A stretch of DNA of 64,000 nt from Cyanophora paradoxa CCMP329. Its lineage: Eukaryota; Plantae; Glaucophyta. Position 1 is the stretch's first letter, and each line of letters opens with the position of its first letter. The stretch is taken from NCBI GenBank assembly GCA_004431415.1, contig QPMI01000709.1, positions 271,254 to 335,253 on the forward strand. Direction: 5' to 3'. The translations under genes and the position numbers were made by a program. The notes below the pieces were generated by a model. It saw only the letters and a list, made by a program, of their open reading frames with translations. It was not told the DNA's origin and searched no databases. This document shows positions 42,101 through 54,400 of this stretch, piece by piece.

Positions 42101-43914
42101 TGCCCGGCAGAGAGGAGTAAGAGGCGGAGGAGGAGGGGCGGGGGGGGCGGGGGGGAGGGGGGAGGGGGGGGGAGACCTTCCTGAACTCGGGGCGGGGCAC
42201 CTCGCGCGACTGCAGGTTCCACGTACCCCACTCCAGCGAGCGCTCCCCTGCGGGGCGGGGGGACGGGTGAGCGGGGGGGGGTGGGGGGGAGGGGGGCCGG
42301 GGCCGGGGCAGGGGGCACCCTGGGTTCGGTTCCAGGAGATGACGAGCCAGGTGGCGGCCAGCGGCACGAAGATGCACCAGAACGGCGTCAGCGGGCCTGC
42401 CGCCCCGCCGCGTCAGAGGCCGAATCCTTCGTTTTATTCCTCATCTCGTCTCATTTCCTTGCGCGATCCATCTCCGCTTCCCATCCTCGGAGCATTCGGG
42501 CGGGCGGGCGGCCTCTCTCTCTGAGATTCTGAGGGCCCGGGCGGGGGGGCGCACCGTCGTAGGAGCGGAGCTCGCGGAGCTCCTCGATGCCCGTCGCCGG
42601 GTCCCGCACCGGCGCCGCCGGCCACCGGTCCACGAACTGAGGGGCGGAGTGAGGGGCGGAGGGGGGAGGGGAAAGGGGGCGGGCCTGGACGACGGCGACG
42701 ACGATGCCGAGGAGGGCGACGCGTATGAGCCAGCCTGCCGGGCGGCCGGGCGGGTGAGGCGCAGCTCTGGGCTGGAGCGGGGCGGGCGGACGGTTGTAGA
42801 AGCCGAGGAAGGCGAAGTACATGGCGACGGACTCGCCGAAGTAGTCCCGGATGCCCCACAGCGTCTCCGGCGGCATCCCCGAGAGCCAGTTCCACGCCCG
42901 CACCTGCCGCCGACTTAGAGCAGAGGGCTCGGGGGGGCGCCGCCGTCTAGATAGGGGGCCTCGACATGCGCGGCGCTCGCTCCAGATGGACGGCTAGATC
43001 TCGCTGGGGTGCGGCGGTGCTAGGCGCGCGCGCGCACCTTCTGAATAATCTCACCCCGCTCCTCATCGTCGTGCAGGGGGTAGTGCCTGAGCAGGGATGA
43101 GGGGGGGAGGGGGGGGGACGAAGAGAGGGGTACGGCACGCACCGTTTAATGACCTGCCGCCGGGCGAGAGACTCGAAAGGTATCTGGCACCCTCCTACTT
43201 TCCTGTTTTTGTGGGAGGGGCGGGGGAAAGGAGGGGGGATGAGGTTTGAAAGGGGAGGGAGGGGTACAGGATTTCGCACCATGAGGCCTCGAGATGAACT
43301 GGATGACACGGATGCGGTCGTTGGACGTGAAGAGCTTCGAGGGGTACCCTGCTGTGCGTGTGAAGAGGGGGGGCGAAAAGAGAGGGCCAGGCCGGGGGGC
43401 GAGGAAGGGGGGGGGGGAGGAAGGGGGTACGCACCCTCGAAGCGGGAAGCCTCCGCGAGGACAAAGGGCTCGTACTTGATGCCCTCGGAGGTTCGGACGC
43501 GCTTGAGGAGCTTCAGGAACTCCGCGCGCGAGGCCAGGACGTCGTCCGGTACCCCCAGCCGCAGGAAGATCTCCTTCCCGTCGCGGCTCTTGCTTTTTGA
43601 GACGACGAGCTGCGCGGGTTCGGATCGGCACGGGGCCGCTTGTCGGACCCGAGCCGCGCCGCGGGGCACCTTCGCTTCCCGGACCATCTGTGTCACTGAG
43701 GCGCGGGCGGCGCGGGTCAGCGGGGCCGGGTGGCGGCGCGGGCGGCCGAGTCGGCGCGGCCGTACCGATCCTCCGCTCCTTTATTCGGGCCTCCGCCTGC
43801 TCCCTACGCTTTCCCTGGTGCTCCGCAGCGTTGATCTGCAACGCGGAAGCGGTTTGTTGGACTGGAGGTGGCCGCGGAGCGCCTGCGGGCGCACGTTCTC
43901 AAAGACGATGACAT
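39126..43914 (-). CDS. Anoctamin/TMEM16 family channel or scramblase (multi-exon)
   Basis: IRDYFGE.VAMYFAFLGFY, LT..ENHR, YE.SF..K.F.FEFVN.Y, FDEY.EM, QFGYV.LFAA.FP, NN.IEIRTDA.K and IGSW. Both ends are approximate. Confidence 0.88.
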
Positions 43915-44656
43915 AGTCGAAGCGCGTCGTGGCTGCAGTGCGTCAGCGGGCACGCCGCTCGGGCACTGCCGATTGCAACGCGGACCTCGCGCCGACCCTG
44001 AAGACTCACGCTGGCTCCCGCCGCCACGCCCCAAGAACCGCGCACGGCTCGAGTCCGGTTCGTTCAGTTTAACATACTTGTCAGCGGCGCCCTCCCTACG
44101 TCGTCAATGGCCGACGTTAGTTCTGGCGTCGCGCGTTCCGGATGTCTAGGGGCGGCTCGATCGGCTAGCGTTCGACGGAATGATACCAGTCACATCAGGG
44201 GGCAAAAGGGGCGCCTAGACGCGGGAAACGGGGGGCGCGCGGACGACAGCCGGTTCGGCTCAGCGCTCGCGGCTTGCGAAATCGCACCTCCGCATCGTTA
44301 CTGGCGCAAAGTTTGGGCCCCAGCGTGAAACGCCAGGCCGGTCTCGAGACGATAGACCTGAAAGAAGCGGGCCGATCAGACGTGCCGTACCCCACCGAAA
44401 AGTCACGCTCACTGCTAGCGGTCGCTAGCGACTCGTTGCAGCTCTGAATCGAAGAACAAGCGTCTCCGCTTCATCGAGCCTGGGCTGGGGCGGTTCGAGT
44501 CCGACGCCGGCTTGTAGAAGAACACCAGAGTTGGCGCGCAATCTACCCGTGCGCTATCGCTCAGAACTTGCATCGTGAAACTCCCTTGCGAGCGCTCAGC
44601 GGCGGCGGACCGTGCCGTTCAGCGGGAGCGCACAGCGGCAGCGGCGAGCGCGCCGC

Positions 44657-46630
44657 ATGTCCACGGTCGTCCTGCAGGTCGGCCAGTGCGGCAATCAGCT
44701 CGGTGGAGAGTGGTGGCGGCTCGTCCAGGCCGAGTGCGACCCGAGCGCTGCTCGATGGTGGCGCGCCGCCCTGACTCGCGCGTACGCAGCGCGAGCGCGT
44801 CGCGTTCCTTCATCGACAGCGACGGGAAGGCGCGCTGCGTGCTGATCGACAGCGAGCCGAAGGTGGGCGCCAGCGACGGGAGCGGCGAGAGTTCCGCTGC
44901 TCAGCGCTGCGCGGGGCGGGCCGCGGCGTGCGCAGGTCATCCAGGGCCTCCTGAAGGGTCCCGGGGCGACCTCTTCCGCCCGGGGAACGTCGCGTACGAA
45001 CAGTCGGGCCGCGGCAACAACTGGGCCCTCGGTGCGCCCGCTCTTGGATCCCTCCCGCCCCGCCCGGCCCCGTCCCGCCCCGGGGGCGCTCCTCCGAGCG
45101 CCGCGCGCGCCGCTCCGCAGGATACTACAAGTCGGGGTACTGGGAGCCGTCGGCGGGGGCGGGGGCGGGCGGCGGGAATGTGGACGAGGAAGGTGCTGCC
45201 GCGCGGCCCCGCCCATGCCCGCCGCCCGGCTGACCAGGACGCGCGCACGCGCGGCAGAGCGGAACGGGCGGTCGCTGGTGGGGCGGGCGATGGCGGCGCT
45301 GAGGCGGGAGGCCGAGCGGTGCGACTGGTACCAGGGGTGCGTGCTGCTGCACAGCATCGGGGGCGGCACGGGCGCCGGCGTCGGCTCGCGCCTGGTCGAG
45401 GCCGTGCGGGAGGAGTACCCCCCCAACTACATCACCGCCGTCTCCGTGGCCCCCTTCCTCCAGGCGCGCAAACCGTACCCCTCGTATTGCCCCCAAACCC
45501 TCCAGACCCCGGCGCCTCTGCCTGAAACTCGTAGCCCCCTCAGGGCGAGACCCCCACGCAGTCGTACAACGCGCTCCTGACCATCGCCTGGCTCCAGAGG
45601 CGCGCGCGTACCCCCTCCCTCCCTTCCTCCAAACTCCATCTGACTCCATTCCGCCAAAGGCACGCGGACGCCGTGCTCTCTTCCCGAACGAGGACGCGCA
45701 GCGGGTGCTGGCGCGCCGGGAGGCCGGGCCGCAGGGGGGCGGGGGAGCGTGGGGAGGGGCGCGCGTCTCCACGCGGGACCTGAACCGGCACGTCGCGGGC
45801 TGCCTGGCGGGGATCCTGTACCCCTCGCGGCAGGGGCCCGGGGGCCCGTGGCGGCCGTACGACGCGGGGGACCTGGTCGCAACGCTGTGCCCGCTGCCAG
45901 CGGCCAAGTTCCTCGAGGCCCGCGCCTCGGGCCCGCGGCCCCTCGCCGCCCTCGACGAGCTGCTCGTCGGGCACGCGGGGTACGAGCGCGGCGGCTCCGG
46001 CCCGCCCCTCGTCAGCCTCTCCACCCAGCTCCTCGTGCGGGGCGACGCCGCCCTGTACCGCTCCCTCCTGCCCCTCGCCGCAGGGCCCGGCCTCGCCCCG
46101 GGCCACTCCCGCCACCGCCCGCCCGACGCGGCCGGGACGGGGCCCCGCGCCCGCCTCCTGCACGCGTACCCCAGGTCCCTGGAACCCCTTTCCCTTCGAC
46201 GTCCGTTTCTCCGAGGCCTCCGCCCCCGCCCCTCCAAGTCGGCCGCCCCCTCCAAGCGCGCGGCGGACGCGCCGCCGCCTCCGCCCGTGGTCACCGCGGT
46301 GCGCAGCCGGCCGGGCCGCGGGATAGAGGACGGCCCTGAATCTCACGCGCCCCGCCCCGCCCGCCCCGCCCCGCCCCGCTCCGGCGCGCCTCAGTGAGCA
46401 ACCGGAGCGGGTGGCGGGCCTCCTGGAGCACTTCCTCTCGCGGGCGCGCGCCATGTTCGACGCCCGCGCCTACCTCCACTGGTGCCCCCGCGGGCCGCGG
46501 CCCATCCCGGCCCGGCCCGAGCGTGACCCGGGGCAGGTACGGGCGGTACGGGTGCGGGGCGGAGGAGATGGAGGCGGCCTTCGAGGAGGCCGCGACCGCC
46601 GCCGCCGCCTACCGCGCCCTCGTCGCCTAG
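44657..46630 (+). CDS. Delta/zeta-family tubulin, probably zeta-tubulin (multi-exon)
   Basis: MSTVVLQVGQCGNQLG.EWW, DSEPKV, GRGNNWA.G, LHS.GGGTG.G.GSRL.E..REEYP and AYLHWY.RYG. Confidence 0.85.
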
Positions 46631-46711
46631 CCCCCGCCCGCCTCCTCATCTCAGCTGCCCGATCCGAGCCCGACCTCGGGTTGGAGCGCAGTCGCCCGGT
46701 CCCGTGTCCTT

Positions 46712-48457
46712 TCACAGAAAGAACGGAGCGAACTGCCGACTACTTGGTGATGCCGAGGCGGGCGGCGCGCTCGCGGCCGGCGGCGAGGCGCTTGCCCCAG
46801 CCATTCGCCTGCAGGAACTGCTGCACCACGGGCCACACCTGGGAGAGAGAGAGGCCTCAGCGAGAGCTTCCTCTTGAAATGCACGGGGCAGCACCTTGAT
46901 GAAGACGGCGTCGCGCCGCTCGGAGGCCGAGAGCTCCTCCGCCTGGGCGAGCCGGGCGCGGGGGCAGGGGCCGCCCCGAGTCAGAGGGCGGCCATCGCAA
47001 GCACAGCGCCAGTGCTGTATCTAACTCTAAGCCCCATTACCTTAAGATAGAGGAAGGCCTCGGCGGCGGCGCGGCCCTGCTGGTCCCGCAGCGTGTTCAG
47101 CACGAAATCCGGGTCCGACCCGATCACCACCTGGGGCGGGGTGAGGGGCGTGGCGCGGCCGGGGAGGGGCGAGTCCTATTCTCGGATCGGCGGGGCGGGA
47201 CCTGCATGGCGTCGCCGGCCTCGTCGGTCGCGAGCACGAGCGCCGCGTCGTGCGTCGTCGCCGGCCCTGCCACCCGGGGCGAGGAGAAGCGTGAGAGCGT
47301 GAGAGCGAGGCGGGCAGAGGGGGCCTGGGAATGCGAAGTAGTCCCCTGGTCCCTAGGCCGCGTCGAGGCTCGCGGTCCCGGATATCGGGCGGACGTCTCC
47401 CAAGGATCGGCGCCGGCGGCTCCCCAGATCCGGCCCCCTAAAGCCCCGCTCCGCAGGTCTAGGACGCCGCGGCGGGGAGGCGGACCCACGCCGCCTTAGC
47501 TGGCGTCCGCTGCTCGGTGCCCCGGGTCAGCGGCGGGGGGGAAGAAGAGGGGGTACTGCGGGTCGGGGGCGCGCCGTGATGCGGCCGGCGACGATGAGCT
47601 CCGCCCCGCCGTACTTCTTCGCCGCCTCGCCGTCGAGCACCCGCGCCTGCTCGCCCTCCGCGCGATCGGCAGCAGCGGCGCCGCCGCCACGTTCTGCGCG
47701 CGCCGCGCCCCTGCGGTGAGCGCGGCGGCGCGGGGTGCCGCAGTGCGGGCGCAGCGGCGCGCGCGCCATGGCGTCGATGCAGATCTTCTCGAAGTCGTCG
47801 ATGCGGCACTCCGGGGTGGGCTGGACCTTCCTGGTCGCCTGGTAGAAGACGAAGGGCTGCGCCGGGTCCGGGTTGCGGATGGTCGAGAAGACGTTGCGGG
47901 GGATCTCCTTCAGCTCCATCTGCTCCAGCAGCACGCGCTGCGGCGGGTTCGTGTAGCTCGTCACCAGTGCCTTCCCCTGCGCCCCGGCCCGGCCCCGCAG
48001 GCCCGCGCCTCAGCACGAATCTCGTCCCGGGTCCGGTCCCCCGGTCCGGCGGCGGCGCGCGCGCGTCGCGAGGGCATTTTAGCTGACCTGCAGACCAAGA
48101 ATGACCTGCTTCGTGTAGGCCGAAACGTCCTGGCGCAGAATCTCGGCTGCATCGGGTCAGCACATGCGCGCGCATGCGCAGCGCCAGCGCGGCGCCCTCG
48201 CGGCGTCCGGCGCGCGCCGCTCACCGGGTTCCAGCTTCTCGAGGCTAACATCCGAATAGCCGAGCTTCAACAAGGTCTGCGCGCGGCCGCCGGGCCTTGG
48301 TCGCGCGAGGGACCATCACCGAAAGCGGCCGGACCCGCTCGATTGCCGTGCCAGTGTTCCCTTTGCTCGCCGGGTCCTTCAGCGCCTTCTTGAATTCCTC
48401 CTCGAACGCCTCGAACGGCGCGGCGCTAGCGCTAGCGGGCAGTGTGTTGACGTCCAT
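46712..48457 (-). CDS. Unknown spliced host gene, copy 1 of a tandem duplicate
   Basis: Exon peptides (APFEAFEEEFKKALKD, SYTNPPQRVLLEQMELKEIP, VIGSDPDFVLNTLRDQ) are near-identical to copy 2, while the introns diverge. Confidence 0.6.
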
Positions 48458-48539
48458 CCATGCGCGATGATTGAACGACCGCGGCTGGTCTAGATCTGCG
48501 TGTGCGCTTTCTTCTTACTGAAAGAACACTGCGCGCTCC

Positions 48540-48910
48540 CTTCGAGAGGATAGACCTGAAAGAAGCGGTTCGATCAGACGTACGCGTGCCGTACCCCACG
48601 TGCACCGAAAAGTCACGCTCCCCGCTACGGTCGCTGGCGGCCCTGTGCAGCTCTGAATCGAAGAACGAGCGCATCCGCTTCATTGGGCCTGGGCTGGGGC
48701 GGTTCGAGTCCGACGCCCCGCTGACTCGCGCGTTCCTTCATCGACGCGACGGAAAGGCGCGCTGCGTGCTGATTAACAGCGAGCCAAAGGTTTGCTTCCG
48801 CGGAGCGCCCAGCGCCGAAAGCGGCGAGAGTTCCGCGGCTCAGCGCCGCGCGGGCCCGGGCCCGGGGCGCGCGAGCTAGATCGAGCCGCGGCGTGCGCAG
48901 GTTATCCAGC
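48540..48910 (+). pseudogene. Duplicated, deleted remnant of the tubulin upstream region and 5' exons
   Basis: Matches ~44345-44510 and ~44770-44945; retains DGKARCVLINSEPKV. Confidence 0.75.
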
Positions 48911-48940
48911 TCGAGCGCAGTCTCCCGGTCCCGTGTCCTT

Positions 48941-50687
48941 TCAAAGGAAGAACGGAGCGAGCTGCCCACTACTTGGTGATGCCGAGGCGGGCGGCGCGCT
49001 CGCGGCCGGCGGCGAGGCGCTCGGTCTGGCCCGTCGCCTGCAGGATCTGCTGCACCACGGGCCACACCTGGGAGAGAGAGAGGCCTCAGCGAGAGCTTCC
49101 TCTTGAAATGCACGGGGCAGCACCTTGATGAAGACGGCGTCGCGCCGCTCGGAGGCCGAGAGCTCCTCCGCCTGGGCGCGGGGGGCGGGGCCCGCCCCGA
49201 GTCAGAGTGGCGGCCCTCGCAAGCGCCGCGCCAGCTAGCGCTGGATCCAACTCTGAGCTCCATTTACTAGGGCCAGCTGGTCCCATGGCACCTTGAGGTA
49301 GAGGAAGGCCTCGACGGAGGCGAGGCGCTTCTGGTCCCGCAGCGTGTTCAGCACGAAGTCCGGGTCCGACCCGATCACCACCTGGCGCGGAGCGGGAGCG
49401 AGGGCGTAAGGCGCGGGCCGCGGCCGGGGAGGGAGGCTCGGATCGGATGGGCGGGGGGGGGGGGGGGGGGGGGACCTGCATGGCGTCGCCGGCCTCGTCG
49501 GTCGCGAGCACGAGCGCCGCGTCGTGCGCCGTCGCCCGCCCCTGCCGCACGGCGCGAGGAGTTTGAGCGGGGCCCCGAACCAGGCGGGCAGGGAGGGCCG
49601 GGCAGTGCGGTGCTCGACAGATCCGAAGCCCCGGCTCCCAGACCTAGGCGGCGGGGCGAGGAGGCGGACCTGGGGCACGGAGGAGGAGGAGCCCTGCCCG
49701 CCGCCGCCTTCGCCTCCGCCAGCGCCACCTCCGGCGCCATCAGCTGCTCGGCGCCCGGGTCAGCGGGGGAAGAAGAGGGGGTACTGCGGGTCGGGGGCGC
49801 GCCGTGATGCGGCCGGCGACGATGAGCTCCGCCCCGCCGTACTTCTTCGCCGCCTCGCCGTCGAGCACCCGCGCCTGCTCGCCCTCCCGCGCGATCGGCA
49901 GCAGCGGCGCCGCCGCCACGTTCTGCGCGCCCGCGCCCCGGGCCCGTGCGGTGAGCGCGGCGGGGCCCGGGCGGGGGTGCGGCCGCAGGGGCGCGCGCGC
50001 CATGGTGTCGATGCAGATCTTCTCGAAGTCGTCAATGCGGCACTCCGGGGTGGGCTGGACCTTCCTGGTCGCCTGGTAGAAGACGAAGGGCTGCGCCGGG
50101 TCCGGGTTGCGGATGGTCGAGAAGACGTTGCGGGGATCTCCTTCAGCTCCATCTGCTCCAGCAGCACGCGCTGCGGCGGGTTCGTGTAGCTCGTCACCAG
50201 CGCCTTCCCTGCGCCCGGCCCCGCGGCCCGCGCCTCAGCACGAATCTCGTCCCGGGCCCGCCGGGCCGGTCCCGCGATCCGGCGGCGGCGCGCGCGCGTC
50301 GCGAGGGCATTTTTGAGCGGACCTGCAGACCGAGAATGACCTGCTTCGTGTAGGCTGAAACGTCCTGGCGCAGAATCTCGGCTGCATCGGGTCAGCACAT
50401 GCGCGCGCAGCGCCAGCGCGGCGCCCAGCGCGCGCCGGCGCGGCCGCTCACCGGGTTCCAGCTTCTCGAGGCTAACATCCGAATAGCCGAGCTTCAACAA
50501 TGTCTGCGCGCGGCCGCCGGGCGTCGGTCGCGCGAGGGACCATCACCGAAAGCGAGCGGACCCGCTCGATTGCCGTGCCAGTGTTCCCTTTGCTCGCCGG
50601 GTCCTTCAGCGCCTTCTTGAATTCCTCCTCGAACGCCTCAAACGGCGCTGCGCCAGCGGGCAGCGTGGTGCGCTTGACGTTCTCCAT
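48941..50687 (-). CDS. Unknown spliced host gene, copy 2
   Basis: Paralogue of 46712-48457. Confidence 0.6.
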
Positions 50688-51415
50688 GGATGCGCGCTGG
50701 TCCGAAAGACCGCGGCTGGTCTAGATATGCGTGCGCGCTCCCTTCTAGTCGGTCGCAAGCTGCTTCTGTCGACCGGAAGTTACCGGCAGTAGTGCGCCAG
50801 GTCGGGCTGCACTACTTTGGCCGGCGCGACGATGAGGGTAACGGGCCCTCCCTCGACCACCACGGCGAACTCCTGCGCATGCCCGAGTCCAGATCAGTCG
50901 ATCGGCGTTGCTTGCACGCGGCAGTACGACTCGCACGTCATGATAGAGTCGCACAGTAGCTCCCGCCAGCACTGCCAGAAGCGCAGCTGATCTATCTGCT
51001 GTATCTCCGGACGAAGAAGCTTCCTGTCTACCAGCTTCCTGAATATGGGCTCCGCCGACGGTATGAGCGGTGCTGGGACCATGTTGCCCATCGTCGGCAA
51101 GCACTCCGCTGGATTGCCAACTTCGCTATGCAAGTACACACAGAACGACCACATAGTTGGAGCCTGCACGCCCCGCTGCCGCGCTGCCAGGCTGCTCTCC
51201 CGCCATCGCGGGCACGACTTGGCACGACGCTGCTCTACCCGCCGTGCCCAGGCCTTTGGGCACGACGCGCCCTAGCCCCGACGTGCCCAAAGCGGATTTG
51301 GGCACGGGGCCCCGGCAATCATGTAATAGGCCCGTCCAACTCGATTCTGCTACGTGGTGCAAAGGGTACGTAGTGGAGTGGCAACACCCAGAGGACGAAG
51401 TTTAAGGGGGTACAA

Positions 51416-54400
51416 ATGGCGTCCGACCTAGCGCGACAGCTCGCCGGCCTGAGCGCCAAGGCGGCGGTCGGGCCGGCGCCGATCCCTGGCCTCCGCGGCA
51501 AGGCGTCGATCCTCTTCACGCCCAGGAGGCTGCAGAACTCGATCTCGAGAGCATCCACTCGCTCGGCCTCGGCGGCCTCGGGAGCTTGAGAAGCTAGATG
51601 CGCGCTTCCAGGAGTATGAGCGCTCGCTGTTCAGCGCTAAGGCGAAGGAGACGAACGCGAGCTGCAGACCAAGGAAGAGAACAAGAAGCTGGACGACGCG
51701 ATCGCTGGCGTTCTGCGCCTCCTGAGCAACTACTTCCTGCAGAAGCCGGCGCACCGCGTCTTCGAGTACCTCGTTCGCCGCTTCAAGTGCGCATGCAGCG
51801 CTACCCCATCGCGATCACATTGCGCGGGGCTTAGCTGAGGCCGCCCCCGGCGCGCAGGGTCAACGAGTACAACGTGAACGATGTCATGCGCTGCATCCTG
51901 CCGTACCACGAGACGAACATCTTCGTCCGCGTCGTGCAGATCCTGCGCCTGCCGTGCGGCCCCGCCCCGCCTGGCGCCGCACGAGCGCGCCGCGTTAGCT
52001 GAGCGCGTGCGGCGCAGGGGACGATGTTCGCGTTCCTGGAGGGCATGCAGCAGAAGCGGGACGGCCGGTGACGCCGATCAGCCGCGTGGTGCTAGTCAAT
52101 GAGTGCATCCGCAACCAGGGCTTGCTCTCCTTCGTCTGCGAGTCGGTGCGCGGCGCCGCCGCCGTTCGCGCGCGCGCGACGCGTGCGAGCGGGGCGCTGA
52201 GGACGCGCAGACGCAGGCGGCGGTGGGCGCGGGCACGGCGGGGGCGACCTCGTTCTCGTTCGCCGTGGCTCTGGTGGTCGAGGTGCTGCACCGCGTGGGG
52301 CGGCCGCAGCCGGACCTCGTCTCCCGCGTCCTTCCCCTCGTCATCGACGGCCTCCGCGCCTCGGGCAACGCCGACTTCCAGGTCCGCCTCGCCCCCTCTG
52401 CGTTCCGCGCCACGCCTGACGCGCCGCGGCGCAGTGTGCGGCGTACATGATCCTGGGGGCGATCGCGACGAGGGCGCCGCTGGACGCAAAGGGCGTGGCG
52501 ACCCTCGGGGAGCTCCTGGCGAAGCACGCCCCGCAGGACGCGGCCGACAGCCCTGCCGCCCTCACCTGCCTCGTCCTCCTCTGCGAGGTGCGCCTCGCTC
52601 CTGGCCCCGGTCTCTCGGCGGCCTCCCGACGCGGGGCGCAGACGCAGGGCCCGGGGCGCTCTCGGTGAACGCGTTCCGCTTCGCGAGCAAGTTCGCGGGC
52701 CTGGCGCCGGCGCTGGCGGCCCTCTCGGCGCGGCACGCCATCGGGGCCTTCCTCGGCCCCTTCCTGGCGCACCTCGTCGAGCACTGCTACCGCCACGCCA
52801 ACTACCGCGCGCTGCTCCGCGAGCTCGCCGAGGGCCTCCCGGCCGCCGCCCTGCGGCCCCACGCGGAGGCGGCGGCGGCGGCCGTGCTCGCGCGGCACGC
52901 GGCCGGCGAGGGCGGGGCGGGGCGGACGAGGAGGTCTCGGGGAGCTCCTCCAACTGCTCGCCTCCCGCTTCCCGAGGAGCTCGACCGCGCCATCGCCTCC
53001 GCCCTGGGCGCAGGCGCCGCCCCGCCGCCGCCCGCCGGGCAAGAAGGAGGCGGCGGCGGCGCCCTCGGAGGGCCCCAGGCGGCGGCGGGGCGGGAGCGGG
53101 TCTTCGAGCTGGTGCGGGGCACGCTGGCCGGCACGCGGCACGAGCCGGTGGCGGGCGGGGCCGGCACGACGCTCCTGCTCGCCCTCGAGCACCCGGAGGC
53201 CGGCGTGCGCCTGGCGGCCCTCGAGCGCGTCCCCGAGGACCCGGCCCCCGGCGACGCCGAGGCGCTCGGCTCCGCCCTCCTCCGCCGCGCCGCCGACGAG
53301 GAGCCGCGCGTCGCCCGCCGCGCCCTCCGCCACCCCGCCCTCGCCCGCCTCTGCAAGCCCGACGACCTCCTCGCCGCGCTGGCGGGACCGCCGGCTCGAG
53401 CCCGCGGCGGCCGACGCCCTCGCGGCCGTGGCCAAGGCCCACCCGGAGTCGGCGCCCGAGGCGGCGCGCCTGCTGCTGCAGCGGCTCCCGTGGACGCCGG
53501 CGGCCGCCAAGCTCAGCCGCGCCTGCGTCCAGCAGGCCCCCGAGCTCGCCGAGCTCGGCGGGCGGCCGCCCTCTTCGGAGGCCTGGAGGGCGCCCTCGAG
53601 GCCGCCGCCGAGGCCGCCGCCGCCGCCGTCGGCGAGGAGGAGGAGGAGGAGGAGGAGGGCGGGAGGCGGGCGGCCGCCGGGCGACGTGCAAGGCGCGCGC
53701 CGAGGGCCTCTGCGTCAACGTCGAGCTGATCCGCCGCCTCGCCGCGGCCGCCGCGCCGACCCCGACGCCTGCATCCCGCCCCTCGCCGCCGCCGCCGCCG
53801 CCGGGACGGGCCCCGCGCCGCCCTCGCGACCCTCGCCTCGCCCGCGCCGCCGCCGAGGCCCACGATGACCGTGCGAGCCCGCGCTCCGCCCCCGAGCCGC
53901 CCCCGCCTAACATCGTACCCAGGGACCGCCGTGGAGTTCGCCCGGCGCTCCTGGCCCCCCTCCAGCGCCTCTGGAGACGGCCCCGCCGCCGGCCCGCCGG
54001 CGGCCTGCCTCAAGGCCGCCCGCGCGGCCGCGCGGGCTCGCCCCGCGAGGGCCTGCCGCCCCTGGAGACCCTCGCCGCCCTCTTCGGGTGCGGGCGCTGC
54101 GGCCGGCGCAGGCGGCCGCCGCCGCCGCGCACGCCGAGCGCGAGGCGCTCCTCTTCGGCCTCGCGGCGGCCCTGGCCGCCTCCGCCCTCCCGGCCCCGCC
54201 GCGCCCCTCTCCGCCGCCGCCGCCGGCGGCGCTGCCGGTGCTCAAGGAGCTGGTGGCGGGGCTGTGCGGGCGGCCTCGTTCGAGGGCGAGGCGCGCTCGT
54301 GCGTGGACGCCGTGGCCCGCACCCTGCCCCGGGCGCCTTCCTCGACCTCCTCGCCCTCCTCATCGCCTCCCACCGTGCGCCCGCCTCCGCCCCCCCTCCC

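Noticed and set aside
50745-51360. Small gene upstream of UTP10
   Set aside because: Short ORFs with no recognisable motif; cannot be supported.
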